Assembly: GCA_017397175.1 (NCBI GenBank)
Contig: JAFQKA010000001.1
Coordinates: forward strand, 81,439 to 145,438
Direction: 5' to 3'
Origin: Clostridia bacterium
GTDB taxonomy: Bacteria > Bacillota > Clostridia > Oscillospirales > CAG-272
Length of the DNA: 64,000 bases
The notes beneath the pieces were generated by a model. The model ran no database searches. It was not told where the DNA came from and saw only the letters and a program-made list of their open reading frames with translations. Both the position numbers and the translations under genes were made by a program. This document shows positions 39,185 through 47,911 of the stretch, in pieces. The stretch's first letter is position 1; every line of letters starts with the position of its first letter.

Positions 39185-40093
39185 ATGGTAAAAATAGCAT
39201 TTCCGAATATCGGAATCAAAGAGTTTATCCTTGACCCCGTGGCGTTTTCTCTTTTCGGGCTTGAGGTGAGATGGTACGGTCTGGTTATCGTAACGGGTAT
39301 GATCGCGGCGTTTTTCTACGCCCGCTACCGCGCCCACATGGAGGGTATGGACGACGACACCCTGCTTGATTACTTTCTTTTTGCGGTGATCTCGGGTGTT
39401 ATCGGCGCAAGATTTTACTACGTTATCACCTCTCTTGACCAGTACGACAGCATAGGCGAGATGTTCGCCATCTGGAATGGTGGACTTGGAATTTACGGCG
39501 GTATCATTTTCGGTGCTGCTGCGGTCATCGGCGTCAGCCTGTACAAAAAGATACCTTTTATGCGCGCACTTGATATGGCGTCGTTGCCTGTAATGATAGG
39601 ACAGACCGTGGGCAGATGGGGTAATTTCTTCAACGGCGAGGCGTTTGGTCACGTGGATAAATTCGAATTTTTCGGACTTGTGGCAAAGACTCCGGGTGCA
39701 GAAAAGCTCCCTTGGATAATGCAGGTCAACTCCTATGCCTCGGATTATGATACGCTGCTCGTTCACCCGACCTTTCTTTACGAGTCGGTGTGGAATCTTA
39801 TTGGATTTGTGATCATCAATGCTCTTTACAAGAAGAAAAAGTTTGACGGTCAGGTCATGTTTATGTATATCGGCTGGTATGGGCTTGGACGAATGTTCAT
39901 TGAGGCCCTGCGCGCGGACAGTCTGCGCGTGGGCGGCGTCAAGATCTCACAGCTTGTGGGACTTCTGGCGTTCCTGGCATCGGCGGTTGCACTGACCTAT
40001 ATGCTCATAAAAAAGAAAAACGCTCCCCCAATACTTGAGGGCAGAGCGGCAAAAGCAACATCGGAGGAAGAAAAAAATGGCACAGATAATTGA
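39185..40093 (+). CDS. lgt: Prolipoprotein diacylglyceryl transferase
   Basis: VRWYG, GARFYYV, W.GGLGIYGG, GRWGNFFN.E, HPTFLYES. Confidence 0.96.
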   Translation: MVKIAFPNIGIKEFILDPVAFSLFGLEVRWYGLVIVTGMIAAFFYARYRAHMEGMDDDTLLDYFLFAVISGVIGARFYYVITSLDQYDSIGEMFAIWNGGLGIYGGIIFGAAAVIGVSLYKKIPFMRALDMASLPVMIGQTVGRWGNFFNGEAFGHVDKFEFFGLVAKTPGAEKLPWIMQVNSYASDYDTLLVHPTFLYESVWNLIGFVIINALYKKKKFDGQVMFMYIGWYGLGRMFIEALRADSLRVGGVKISQLVGLLAFLASAVALTYMLIKKKNAPPILEGRAAKATSEEEKNGTDN

Positions 40094-40943
40094 CGGAAAG
40101 GCTATATCCGCAAAAATAAGGGAGGAGATCAAGGAGGAGACTGCGCGATTTGTCGCACAGCGGGGATACGCTCCCGGTCTGGCGGTCATCATCGTTGGCG
40201 AGGACCCCGCCTCTACCGTTTACGTTCGGAACAAGGGACGTGCGTGTGAGGAAGTCGGATTTTATTCCGAAATTCACCGCTTGCCCGAAAATACTCAGCA
40301 ATCCGAGCTTGAAGAGCTTATTGACCGCCTAAATGGAGATGACAAGATCCACGGAATTTTAGTTCAGCTTCCTCTGCCAAAGCACTTGGACGAGAGTGCC
40401 GTTCTGCTCAAAATTGATCCCGCAAAGGACGTGGACGGCTTCTACCCCTTTAACGTGGGACGCATTATGATCGGCGATTTTGACATTGCTCCCTGCACAC
40501 CTTACGGCGTTATGGAGCTTCTTCGTTACAGCGGGATCGAGACCCGCGGCAAGCATTGCGTTATCGTGGGAAGAAGCAATATCGTGGGCAAGCCCCAGGC
40601 TATGCTCATGCTCAAAGCGGACGCAACGGTTACGGTCTGCCATTCAAAAACTCAGAATTTGGCAGAGATCTGCCGTACGGCGGACATTCTCGTTGCCGCT
40701 ATCGGCAAGGCTGATTTCATCGGAGCAGATTACGTAAAAGAAGGCGCCGTTGTAGTTGACGTGGGAATCAACCGGAAGGCTGACGGTAAGCTGACGGGCG
40801 ACGTGAATTTTGCTCAGGTCGAGCCTAAAGCTTCTTTCATAACTCCCGTTCCCGGCGGTGTAGGCCCCATGACGATTACGATTCTCATGAAGAATACGCT
40901 GAAAGCTGCAGAGGTGGCGGGGGATGCGCTTGGGGCTTTTTGA
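40077..40943 (+). CDS. folD: Bifunctional methylene-THF dehydrogenase/cyclohydrolase
   Basis: IIDGK, GILVQLPLP, KDVDG, PCTP.G, GRSNIVGKP, TPVPGGVGPMT. Confidence 0.98.
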   Translation: MAQIIDGKAISAKIREEIKEETARFVAQRGYAPGLAVIIVGEDPASTVYVRNKGRACEEVGFYSEIHRLPENTQQSELEELIDRLNGDDKIHGILVQLPLPKHLDESAVLLKIDPAKDVDGFYPFNVGRIMIGDFDIAPCTPYGVMELLRYSGIETRGKHCVIVGRSNIVGKPQAMLMLKADATVTVCHSKTQNLAEICRTADILVAAIGKADFIGADYVKEGAVVVDVGINRKADGKLTGDVNFAQVEPKASFITPVPGGVGPMTITILMKNTLKAAEVAGDALGAF

Positions 40944-40974
40944 AAAAAGCCCCAAACCCCAAAAACTTTTAAAA
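40930..40974 (-). repeat. 45-bp palindromic element, copy 2 (overlaps folD stop)
   Basis: Reverse complement of 10591-10635 with 4 differences. Confidence 0.85.
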
Positions 40975-41009
40975 AAGGGAATAGACAGACGGATTACTCC
41001 AATAAACGT

Positions 41010-41038
41010 AAAAACGACGGCTGAACACCGTCGTTTTT
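41010..41038. terminator. Bidirectional intrinsic terminator
   Basis: AAAAACGACGG-CTGAACA-CCGTCGTTTTT. Confidence 0.85.
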
Positions 41039-41040
41039 TG

Positions 41041-41313
41041 TTATTCTGTTTTCAGTTCTTTAAGCTTTTTAATAATGGCTTTCTGCGCGTCGATCTCGTC
41101 GATCTGTTCGGCTATGCTCTGGGGAACGCTTTCGGCGTCTTTAAAATAGTCAAGGCACAGTCTGCCAAGCTCTGCCATGTCGCATTTCAGCTTTGATTCT
41201 TCAACCTTGATCTTCACGGCGGTGGCGGCGCTGTCGGTCAGCTTTGCCACGCCCTCGGCTGCCTTTTTTGCCATTCGCCCCGCGGTTTTTGCGCAATCAT
41301 CGAATTTTGACAT
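41041..41313 (-). CDS. Small helical/coiled-coil hypothetical protein
   Basis: 90 aa from ATG 41313 with AAGGA RBS; Ala/Lys-rich amphipathic helices. Confidence 0.7.
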   Translation of the reverse strand: MSKFDDCAKTAGRMAKKAAEGVAKLTDSAATAVKIKVEESKLKCDMAELGRLCLDYFKDAESVPQSIAEQIDEIDAQKAIIKKLKELKTE

Positions 41314-41409
41314 ATTTGTCACCATTCCTTCCGTTCTGTTTTTCGGTGTTATTTTTTGCTTTTCTGTTTTAATTATACCGCCTTCAAAGAGAAAAGTAAA
41401 CACCAAAAA

Positions 41410-41439
41410 GAATAAAATTTCAAATTAGGGGTAAAATTT
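41410..41439 (+). promoter_or_regulatory. Putative forespore (SigF/SigG-type) promoter of spoVAC
   Basis: GAATA-15 nt-GGTAAAATTT resembles the GYWTA-N15-GGNRANANTW consensus. Confidence 0.5.
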
Positions 41440-41471
41440 CAGTAAAATCTAATGGCGGAGGCGGAAAAAAT

Positions 41472-41915
41472 ATGAACATGGACAGGGAAACATACAAAAA
41501 ATACGCGAAAGGTCACGCACCTAAATCTCCCGTTGTAAAAAATTGCGTCAAGGCTTTTCTTTTTGGCGGCGGGATCTGTGCGTTTGCTCAGCTTTTGACC
41601 AATCTTTACAGTGTTTGGGGACTGAACGATGAGGATTCGGGACTTCTTGCTTCGGTGACGCTTGTATTCTTGGCAGCGCTTTTGACGGGAATCGGGGTTT
41701 TCGACAGGATCGCCAAGCACGCGGGCGCGGGAACGCTCGTTCCCATTACGGGATTTGCAAATTCGGTAGTGTCCCCTGCCATTGACACAAAGGCCGAGGG
41801 ACTGGTGCTGGGGGTTGGTGCGAAGATATTTACCGTCGCGGGCCCCGTTCTGCTTTACGCAACCCTTGCAGGGACACCCTATGGGGTCATTTATTGGGTT
41901 TGCAAGATAATATAA
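41472..41915 (+). CDS. spoVAC: Stage V sporulation protein AC
   Basis: AFLFGGGIC, AGAGTLVPITGFANS, EGLVLGVGAKIFTVAGPV. Confidence 0.93.
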   Translation: MNMDRETYKKYAKGHAPKSPVVKNCVKAFLFGGGICAFAQLLTNLYSVWGLNDEDSGLLASVTLVFLAALLTGIGVFDRIAKHAGAGTLVPITGFANSVVSPAIDTKAEGLVLGVGAKIFTVAGPVLLYATLAGTPYGVIYWVCKII

Positions 41916-41917
41916 AG

Positions 41918-41956
41918 AAAAATCACTTGACGGTAGATTCCGCCAAGTGATTTTTT
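41918..41956. terminator. Bidirectional intrinsic terminator
   Basis: AAAAATCACTTGACGG...CCGCCAAGTGATTTTT stem with one mismatch. Confidence 0.8.
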
Positions 41957-41957
41957 G

Positions 41958-42128
41958 TTATCTTTTGCCCGTTTTTATTTCTCCGTGCTTTGCTTCGTAG
42001 GATTCGATGAGATCGCGGATAAGCACAAGTATCTGGCTGTTAGCACTTCTGCCCTCATAGTCTGCAACAACGTGCAATTTGTCAAGCATTTCCTCGTCAA
42101 TTCTTATAGATAAACTTTTTGTAGCCAT
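41958..42128 (-). CDS. Arc-family ribbon-helix-helix DNA-binding protein (56 aa; absent from ORF track)
   Basis: Manual translation MATKSLSIRIDEEMLDKLHVVADYEGRSANSQILVLIRDLIESYEAKHGEIKTGKR; GAGG RBS; alternating beta-strand then GRS.N helix as in Arc. Confidence 0.85.
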   Translation of the reverse strand: MATKSLSIRIDEEMLDKLHVVADYEGRSANSQILVLIRDLIESYEAKHGEIKTGKR

Positions 42129-42236
42129 ATAAACCTCATTTTGATCTTATTTTATGTTTACTTTACTCTCATTTTGTGTTAAAATGTTGTATATAAACAT
42201 ACAATATATTCAAAATAAGTTTATTATGAGGTGAAA

Positions 42237-42569
42237 ATGAAAGTGGCTGTTGTGGGATCAAGAAGTTTGAGCGATGTAAAAATTGACGAATATATTCCTG
42301 AAAATACAGAAGAAATTGTGAGCGGCGGTGCTGTTGGAGTAGATAATTGTGCGGCAGAATATGCAAGACGTCGTGGAATAAGACTTACTGTATTTCTACC
42401 TCAATATGAAAGCTATGGTCGCGCTGCGCCAATCGTGAGAAATAGACAAATAGTAGATTACTCTGACAAAATTATTATTTTTTGGGATGGCAAATCAAAA
42501 GGGACACTCTCCGTTATTAAATACGCGCAGAAAAGCGGTAAACCCTTTGAGATTATATATCGAGAATGA
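42237..42569 (+). CDS. Standalone SLOG-superfamily protein (DUF2493/YspA/DprA-like Rossmann fold)
   Basis: VAVVGSR, IVSGGAVGVD, AAPIVRN..IVD, FWDGKSKGT; AT-rich. Confidence 0.85.
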   Translation: MKVAVVGSRSLSDVKIDEYIPENTEEIVSGGAVGVDNCAAEYARRRGIRLTVFLPQYESYGRAAPIVRNRQIVDYSDKIIIFWDGKSKGTLSVIKYAQKSGKPFEIIYRE

Positions 42570-42570
42570 A

Positions 42571-43230
42571 TTATTTCTTTCTTTTTATGTAGCTGTCGCA
42601 AAGCTCCGATATTGGGCAATCGGTACAGCGCGGCGAGCGCGCCATGCAGTATTCGCGGCCGAACATGACGATGCGGTGGCAGAAATCACTCTGCTCCGAC
42701 GGTTCGATTATGGGAACCAGCGTTTTTTCTACCTTTACGGGGTCCTTGAGCGTTTCGGGGTAAAAGCCCAGACGTCCGCAAATGCGAATACAATGGGTGT
42801 CCGCCACGATGGCGGGCATTTTATATATGTCCCCCAGGAGCAGATTTGCGATCTTTCTGCCCACCCCGGGGAATTTCAGCAGCTCGTCCATGTCTGCGGG
42901 AATAACCCCGCCGTAGTCTTCGACGAGCATTTTACAGGCAGCTTTTATGCTCTCTGCCTTGGTGCGGTAAAGTCCGCAGGGGCGCACGATCCGCTCAATC
43001 TCGCTAAGGTCGCCCTCTGCCATTGCCTGCGCGGTGGGAAATACATCAAAAAGCTCACGGCAGACGATGTTCACCCGCGCGTCGGTGCATTGGGCCGACA
43101 GCCTGCCCATTACCAGTAACTTCCATGGCTCCCCCTCGTATTCGAGGGCGCATTCCGATGCGGGATATATTTTCTTTAAGGCGGCGACGATCTCCGCGCC
43201 TCTTTGTTTTTTCTCTTTTATACTTCTCAT
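42571..43230 (-). CDS. nth: Endonuclease III
   Basis: LSAQCTD.RVN, HhH PGVGRKIAN, ADTH, C-X6-C-X2-C-X5-C Fe-S motif. Confidence 0.95.
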   Translation of the reverse strand: MRSIKEKKQRGAEIVAALKKIYPASECALEYEGEPWKLLVMGRLSAQCTDARVNIVCRELFDVFPTAQAMAEGDLSEIERIVRPCGLYRTKAESIKAACKMLVEDYGGVIPADMDELLKFPGVGRKIANLLLGDIYKMPAIVADTHCIRICGRLGFYPETLKDPVKVEKTLVPIIEPSEQSDFCHRIVMFGREYCMARSPRCTDCPISELCDSYIKRKK

Positions 43231-43402
43231 CTTTTCTCCAAAATCCAAGAAAAAGGCGATTTTTTTAAAATATTTTCGGGTAAGCCCTTTTCAAACAGAT
43301 AAAAATGTATTATAATATATAATAAGGCTTATTATAGCTTGCAATATTATTATACTACGCAAGCGAGAAAAAAGCAATATAAAAATTCCGGAGGAAAGGT
43401 TT

Positions 43403-43741
43403 ATGAAACAGAAATATACGATAAACATAGCGGGAACGGAAATGAACGTTATTACCGACGAGGCACCGGAATTTGTTGAAGAGGTAGTGGGCATTCTTGA
43501 CCGAAAGATGCGCGAGATAAACGTAACGTCCCGCCGTTGCTCAAAGACGGAGGCCGCGTTTTTGTGTGCGCTTGATTACTGCTCGGACAAGGTGAGACTT
43601 CAGAGAAAGAACCGTACATACGATGCGGAGATAGCACTGAAAAACGCACAGCTCAACCGCCTTGCCGCAGAAAACGAAAAGCAGAAGGCAGAGATCGAGC
43701 GTTTGCGTGAGGAAATTTCACGTCTGCGGGGCAGAAGATGA
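43403..43741 (+). CDS. zapA: Cell division protein ZapA
   Basis: YTINIAG N-terminus, LDRKMREI, C-terminal coiled coil; zapA-U32-dut context. Confidence 0.75.
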   Translation: MKQKYTINIAGTEMNVITDEAPEFVEEVVGILDRKMREINVTSRRCSKTEAAFLCALDYCSDKVRLQRKNRTYDAEIALKNAQLNRLAAENEKQKAEIERLREEISRLRGRR

Positions 43742-45762
43742 AGATAGCAAAAGGAAAATTACCCGAGCTGCTCTCTCCCGCAGGGTCGCTGAAGGCATTG
43801 ATGGCCGCCATTGACGGCGGTGCCGACGCGGTTTATTTCGGAGCACCCGATTTCAATGCCCGAATACGCGCGCAGAATTTTTCGGACGGCGAGCTTGAGG
43901 AGGCTTTCAGGCTTTGCCACGCCTACGGGGTAAAGGCTTACGTTACTCTGAATACCCTGGTGCTTGACCGCGAGGCTGAGAACTTTGTCCGCACAGCGGA
44001 GAAGATCTACCGCATGGGCGCGGATGCGGCTATTGTTGCCGATCTTGGCGGCGCGGCGTATTTGAAAAAATACCTGCCCGAGCTTGAGCTTCATGCCAGC
44101 ACTCAGATGTCCTGCCACAGCGCGGCGGGAGCTGTCGAGCTTGCAAAACTCGGCTTTTCAAGGGTGGTTTGCGCCCGTGAGTTGTCGTATGAAAATATTT
44201 GCTCCATAACAGAAAATTCGCCCGTTGAAATAGAAATGTTCGTCCACGGTGCTCTTTGCGTTTCCCATTCGGGTCAGTGCCTTTTCAGCTCGCTTGTGGG
44301 CGGTCGAAGCGGCAACCGAGGGGAATGTGCTCAGCCTTGCAGACTGCCTTTTTCGGTGGACGGCAAGGAAAAGTATCCCCTGAGCTTAAAGGATCTGTGC
44401 CTGGCACCGTATATTCCGCAGATAATTGACAGCGGAGTTGCGTCCCTTAAAATCGAGGGCAGAATGAAGTCCCCCGAGTACGTGCGGGCGGTGACTTCCG
44501 TTTACCGCAGGCTCCTTGACGAGGGCAGAGGTGCGTACGAGGGTGAGATGGAATACCTTGCATCTGTTTTTTCAAGAGACGGATTTACCGACGGGTATTT
44601 CAAATCGAATATTTCGAGCAGAATGTTGGGTGTCCGCCGAGAGGAAAACAAGGAGGACAGTCGGCTTCTGACATCCTTTGATAAGATCACGAGGAAAATT
44701 CCTTTGGACATGACCGCGTCTTTTGAAGCGGGCAAGCCCTGCTCCCTTACGCTGATATGCGGCGATCGGACGGTCAAGGTCACAGGACAAGTCCCTGAAA
44801 AAGCACTGAACGCGCCGTTGTCTCGTGAAGCTATCGAAAAAAATCTTACAAAGCTGGGCAACACGCCCTTTGAAGCGAGAAATGTTGACGTTTTGCTTGA
44901 AGGCGAGATAATGCTTCCTCTGTCAAAGGTCAACGAGCTTCGTCGGAGTGCGGTGGATGAGCTGATAGGCTCACATGAAAGGGAAGAGACGAAAATTGAT
45001 TTTGTATTTTCGGACAAGCCGGCACAGCAAAGGCAAAAACGCAGTGCGAGATTTTTGTCCGCGGCGCAGGTCACGAAATCCGCACTTGAATATTTCGACG
45101 AAATTTTTCTTCCTGCTGTCGGCTTTGAAATGCCCGACGGCGGCGAAGGCAAGGTGGGAGTGATAATTGGCGCGGTCGTCACCGACACGGAGCGTGAGGC
45201 GGTGGCGCAAATGATAAAAATTGCCGCGCAAAAGGGCGCGAAATTTGCTCTTGTGGGCAATTTGGGACATCTTGAGTTGGCAAAAGAGTGCGGACTTGAG
45301 GTGCGCGGTGACTTCCGTCTCAACGTATTCAACGGCGCGGCGGCAAAAGAGCTTGAGGCCATGGGAATAAATGAATTTATTTCTTCTCCCGAGCTTACCT
45401 TGGCGCAAACGCGGGACATCGGCGGCACAGCAGTGGTCTACGGACGTATTCCCTTGATGACGGTGGAAAAATGCGTTATACGCGAGGTGGCGGACTGCAA
45501 CGCCTGCGCGGCAGGCAAGGCAACCCTGACCGACAGAAAGGGTATAAAATTCCCTGTTTTCCGCGAGGCGGAGCACAGAAACGTTATTTACAATTCCTTC
45601 CCCACCTATATGGCGGACAGGGAAGATGAGCTGACAAAAAACAGGATTTTCAGCCGTCACTTTATTTTCTCGGACGAAACGCCCTCTCAGGTGGACGGCG
45701 TTATCCGACGCTACATGGAAAAAACACCGCCCGCAGACAGTCGGGTGAGAAGAATTAAATGA
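43738..45762 (+). CDS. U32-family protein (RlhA/TrhP-like Fe-S RNA hydroxylation factor)
   Basis: PELLSPAG, HASTQ, EMFVHGALC.S.SGQC, SGNRGECAQPCR, SLKIEGRMK. Confidence 0.92.
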   Translation: MKIAKGKLPELLSPAGSLKALMAAIDGGADAVYFGAPDFNARIRAQNFSDGELEEAFRLCHAYGVKAYVTLNTLVLDREAENFVRTAEKIYRMGADAAIVADLGGAAYLKKYLPELELHASTQMSCHSAAGAVELAKLGFSRVVCARELSYENICSITENSPVEIEMFVHGALCVSHSGQCLFSSLVGGRSGNRGECAQPCRLPFSVDGKEKYPLSLKDLCLAPYIPQIIDSGVASLKIEGRMKSPEYVRAVTSVYRRLLDEGRGAYEGEMEYLASVFSRDGFTDGYFKSNISSRMLGVRREENKEDSRLLTSFDKITRKIPLDMTASFEAGKPCSLTLICGDRTVKVTGQVPEKALNAPLSREAIEKNLTKLGNTPFEARNVDVLLEGEIMLPLSKVNELRRSAVDELIGSHEREETKIDFVFSDKPAQQRQKRSARFLSAAQVTKSALEYFDEIFLPAVGFEMPDGGEGKVGVIIGAVVTDTEREAVAQMIKIAAQKGAKFALVGNLGHLELAKECGLEVRGDFRLNVFNGAAAKELEAMGINEFISSPELTLAQTRDIGGTAVVYGRIPLMTVEKCVIREVADCNACAAGKATLTDRKGIKFPVFREAEHRNVIYNSFPTYMADREDELTKNRIFSRHFIFSDETPSQVDGVIRRYMEKTPPADSRVRRIK

Positions 45763-45773
45763 GGATCTGAAAA

Positions 45774-46226
45774 ATGGAAAAAATCAACGTAAAAATAAAG
45801 CTGAGCCGAGGAATGACCCTCCCAAAGTATGCAACAAGCGGCTCTGCGGCACTTGATCTTTGTGCCGCTATTGACGAGGGTACGACTTTGATCATTCACC
45901 CCGGTGAGACGGTCTCCGTGCCTACGGGAATCTCCATTTCCCCGCAGGACAGCGGAGTTGTTGCCGTAGTTGCCGCCAGAAGCGGTCTTGGTATTAAGAA
46001 GGGGATAAGTCTCGGCAACGGCATCGGAGTTATTGACAGCGATTATCGCGGAGAGATATCGGTTGGGCTTTACAACAGAAGCGCGCAGGATTTTACCGTA
46101 GAGCGCGGCGACAGGATCGCACAGCTTATGTTTATGCCGGTCTTTGCGGCTGAGCTTATGGAGTGCGACGAGCTTGACGAGACCGAGCGCGGCGCAGGTG
46201 GCTTTGGGTCAACGGGTATCAAATGA
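45774..46226 (+). CDS. dut: dUTP diphosphatase
   Basis: SAALDL, ARSGL, GVIDSDYRGE, RIAQL, RGAGGFGSTG. Confidence 0.97.
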   Translation: MEKINVKIKLSRGMTLPKYATSGSAALDLCAAIDEGTTLIIHPGETVSVPTGISISPQDSGVVAVVAARSGLGIKKGISLGNGIGVIDSDYRGEISVGLYNRSAQDFTVERGDRIAQLMFMPVFAAELMECDELDETERGAGGFGSTGIK

Positions 46227-46828
46227 TGAGAATAGTGTTGGCGTCAAAATCTCCTCGGAGAAAAGAAATTTTGGCTTCTTTGGGACTTGATTTTGAGATA
46301 AGGGTCAGCGAGTGCGAGGAAAAGGTGGAGGATGGGCTGACGCCCGGGCAGGTGGTGATGTCAATTGCTGCCCAAAAGGGACGCGCGGTGTCTCAAACTC
46401 TGCGAGAGCAAGGAGAAGATCTTTCGGATACGCTCATAATTGCTTGCGATACGGTAGTGGCTTGCGCGGGTGAAATTTTGGGTAAACCCTGTGACCGCGA
46501 GGACACTCTCAGAATGCTCCGTCTGCTTTCGGGTAGAGATCACAGCGTGCTCAGCGGTCTTTACGTAGAGTACGAAGGCAAGACCGCAGGCGCTTTTGAG
46601 GAAACGTTCGTGTGCTTCTCACCTTTATCCGAAAAGGAGATAGAATGGTATGCCGACAGCGGCGAGCCGGACGACAAGGCAGGAGCTTACGCAATACAAG
46701 GATACGCTTCAATGTGGGTAGAGAAGATAGACGGCTGTTATTTCAACGTGGTGGGTCTGCCTACCTCAAAGCTCTGCCGACTGCTCAAGGCCGCATTTGG
46801 CATTGACGTGACAGATCTGATAAAATAA
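46223..46828 (+). CDS. maf: Maf-family nucleotide pyrophosphatase
   Basis: LASKSPRR, ACDTVV, ILGKP, DKAGAYAIQG, NVVGLP. Confidence 0.95.
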   Translation: MMRIVLASKSPRRKEILASLGLDFEIRVSECEEKVEDGLTPGQVVMSIAAQKGRAVSQTLREQGEDLSDTLIIACDTVVACAGEILGKPCDREDTLRMLRLLSGRDHSVLSGLYVEYEGKTAGAFEETFVCFSPLSEKEIEWYADSGEPDDKAGAYAIQGYASMWVEKIDGCYFNVVGLPTSKLCRLLKAAFGIDVTDLIK

Positions 46829-46880
46829 AATTCCAGGAAGGAAGCCTGTCGGTGGCACCGACAGGGCAGGAAATTACATA

Positions 46881-47888
46881 ATGGCAATGAACAAGCAAAT
46901 AGGAATAGACCTTGGAACTACCAACACCCTGTTTTTTATGAAGGGTAAGGGGATCGTTTTGCGCGAGCCCTCGGTAGTTGCCAAGAACAGTGTGACGGGA
47001 AAGGTGGTATCCGTCGGATCAGACGCGAAAAAGATGCTGGGTAAGACCCCCGGTACCATTGCCGCATTCAAGCCCTTAAAGGACGGAGTTATAGCAGACT
47101 TTGACGTTACCACACAGATGATCCACCAATTTTTCCGCAAGATAAACACAGGCGGATTTTTCGACCGTCCCAGCGTTATAATCTGTATTCCTTACGGTGT
47201 AACCGAGGTTGAGAAAAAGGCCTTTGAGGATGCGGCATACGACGCTATGTCAAAGTCGGTGGATCTTGTTGAGGAGCCTATGGCGGCGGCTATCGGCGCA
47301 GGACTGAGAATTTCGGGTCCCCGCGGAAACATGATAGTTGACATCGGCGGCGGTACTACCGAGGTGGCAGTCATCAGCCTTGACGGAATCGTGGCGGCAA
47401 GATCTCTGCGCACGGCAGGAGACGAGCTTGACGAGGCTATCGTAAATTACGTTCGCCGTCAGTACGGTGTGGCTATCGGAACATCTACGGGCGAGGAGCT
47501 GAAAAAGAAGATCGGCTCGGTACACCCCTCGGCGGATATCGAGGAGACCGAGATCCGCGGACGGGATCTGCGGACGGGCCTTCCCAGTGTTCTCCGTCTC
47601 ACGTCGGCGGACATGAGATACGCCATGGAGGAGCAGATCGAAAAGATCGTCGATTGCATAAAGCATACCCTGGAGGGAACTCCTCCCGAGCTTTCAGCAG
47701 ACATTTTTGACCGCGGAATCACTCTGGCGGGCGGCGGTGCGCTTTTGCGCGGACTTCCCAATCTTATAAACGAGCGGACGGGTCTGCGTGTGAACGTGGC
47801 AAAGCGTCCTCTTGACTGCGTTGCCCTCGGACTTGGCATGGGAATCGAAGAGCCGAGACTGCTGCGCCATGTGGTGCTTCGCAGATAA
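46881..47888 (+). CDS. mreB: Rod shape-determining actin MreB
   Basis: IGIDLGTTNT, EEPMAAAIGAG, VDIGGGTTE, LAGGGALL. Confidence 0.96.
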   Translation: MAMNKQIGIDLGTTNTLFFMKGKGIVLREPSVVAKNSVTGKVVSVGSDAKKMLGKTPGTIAAFKPLKDGVIADFDVTTQMIHQFFRKINTGGFFDRPSVIICIPYGVTEVEKKAFEDAAYDAMSKSVDLVEEPMAAAIGAGLRISGPRGNMIVDIGGGTTEVAVISLDGIVAARSLRTAGDELDEAIVNYVRRQYGVAIGTSTGEELKKKIGSVHPSADIEETEIRGRDLRTGLPSVLRLTSADMRYAMEEQIEKIVDCIKHTLEGTPPELSADIFDRGITLAGGGALLRGLPNLINERTGLRVNVAKRPLDCVALGLGMGIEEPRLLRHVVLRR

Positions 47889-47911
47889 ATCAAAGCAAAG
47901 GAGACTTCGCT

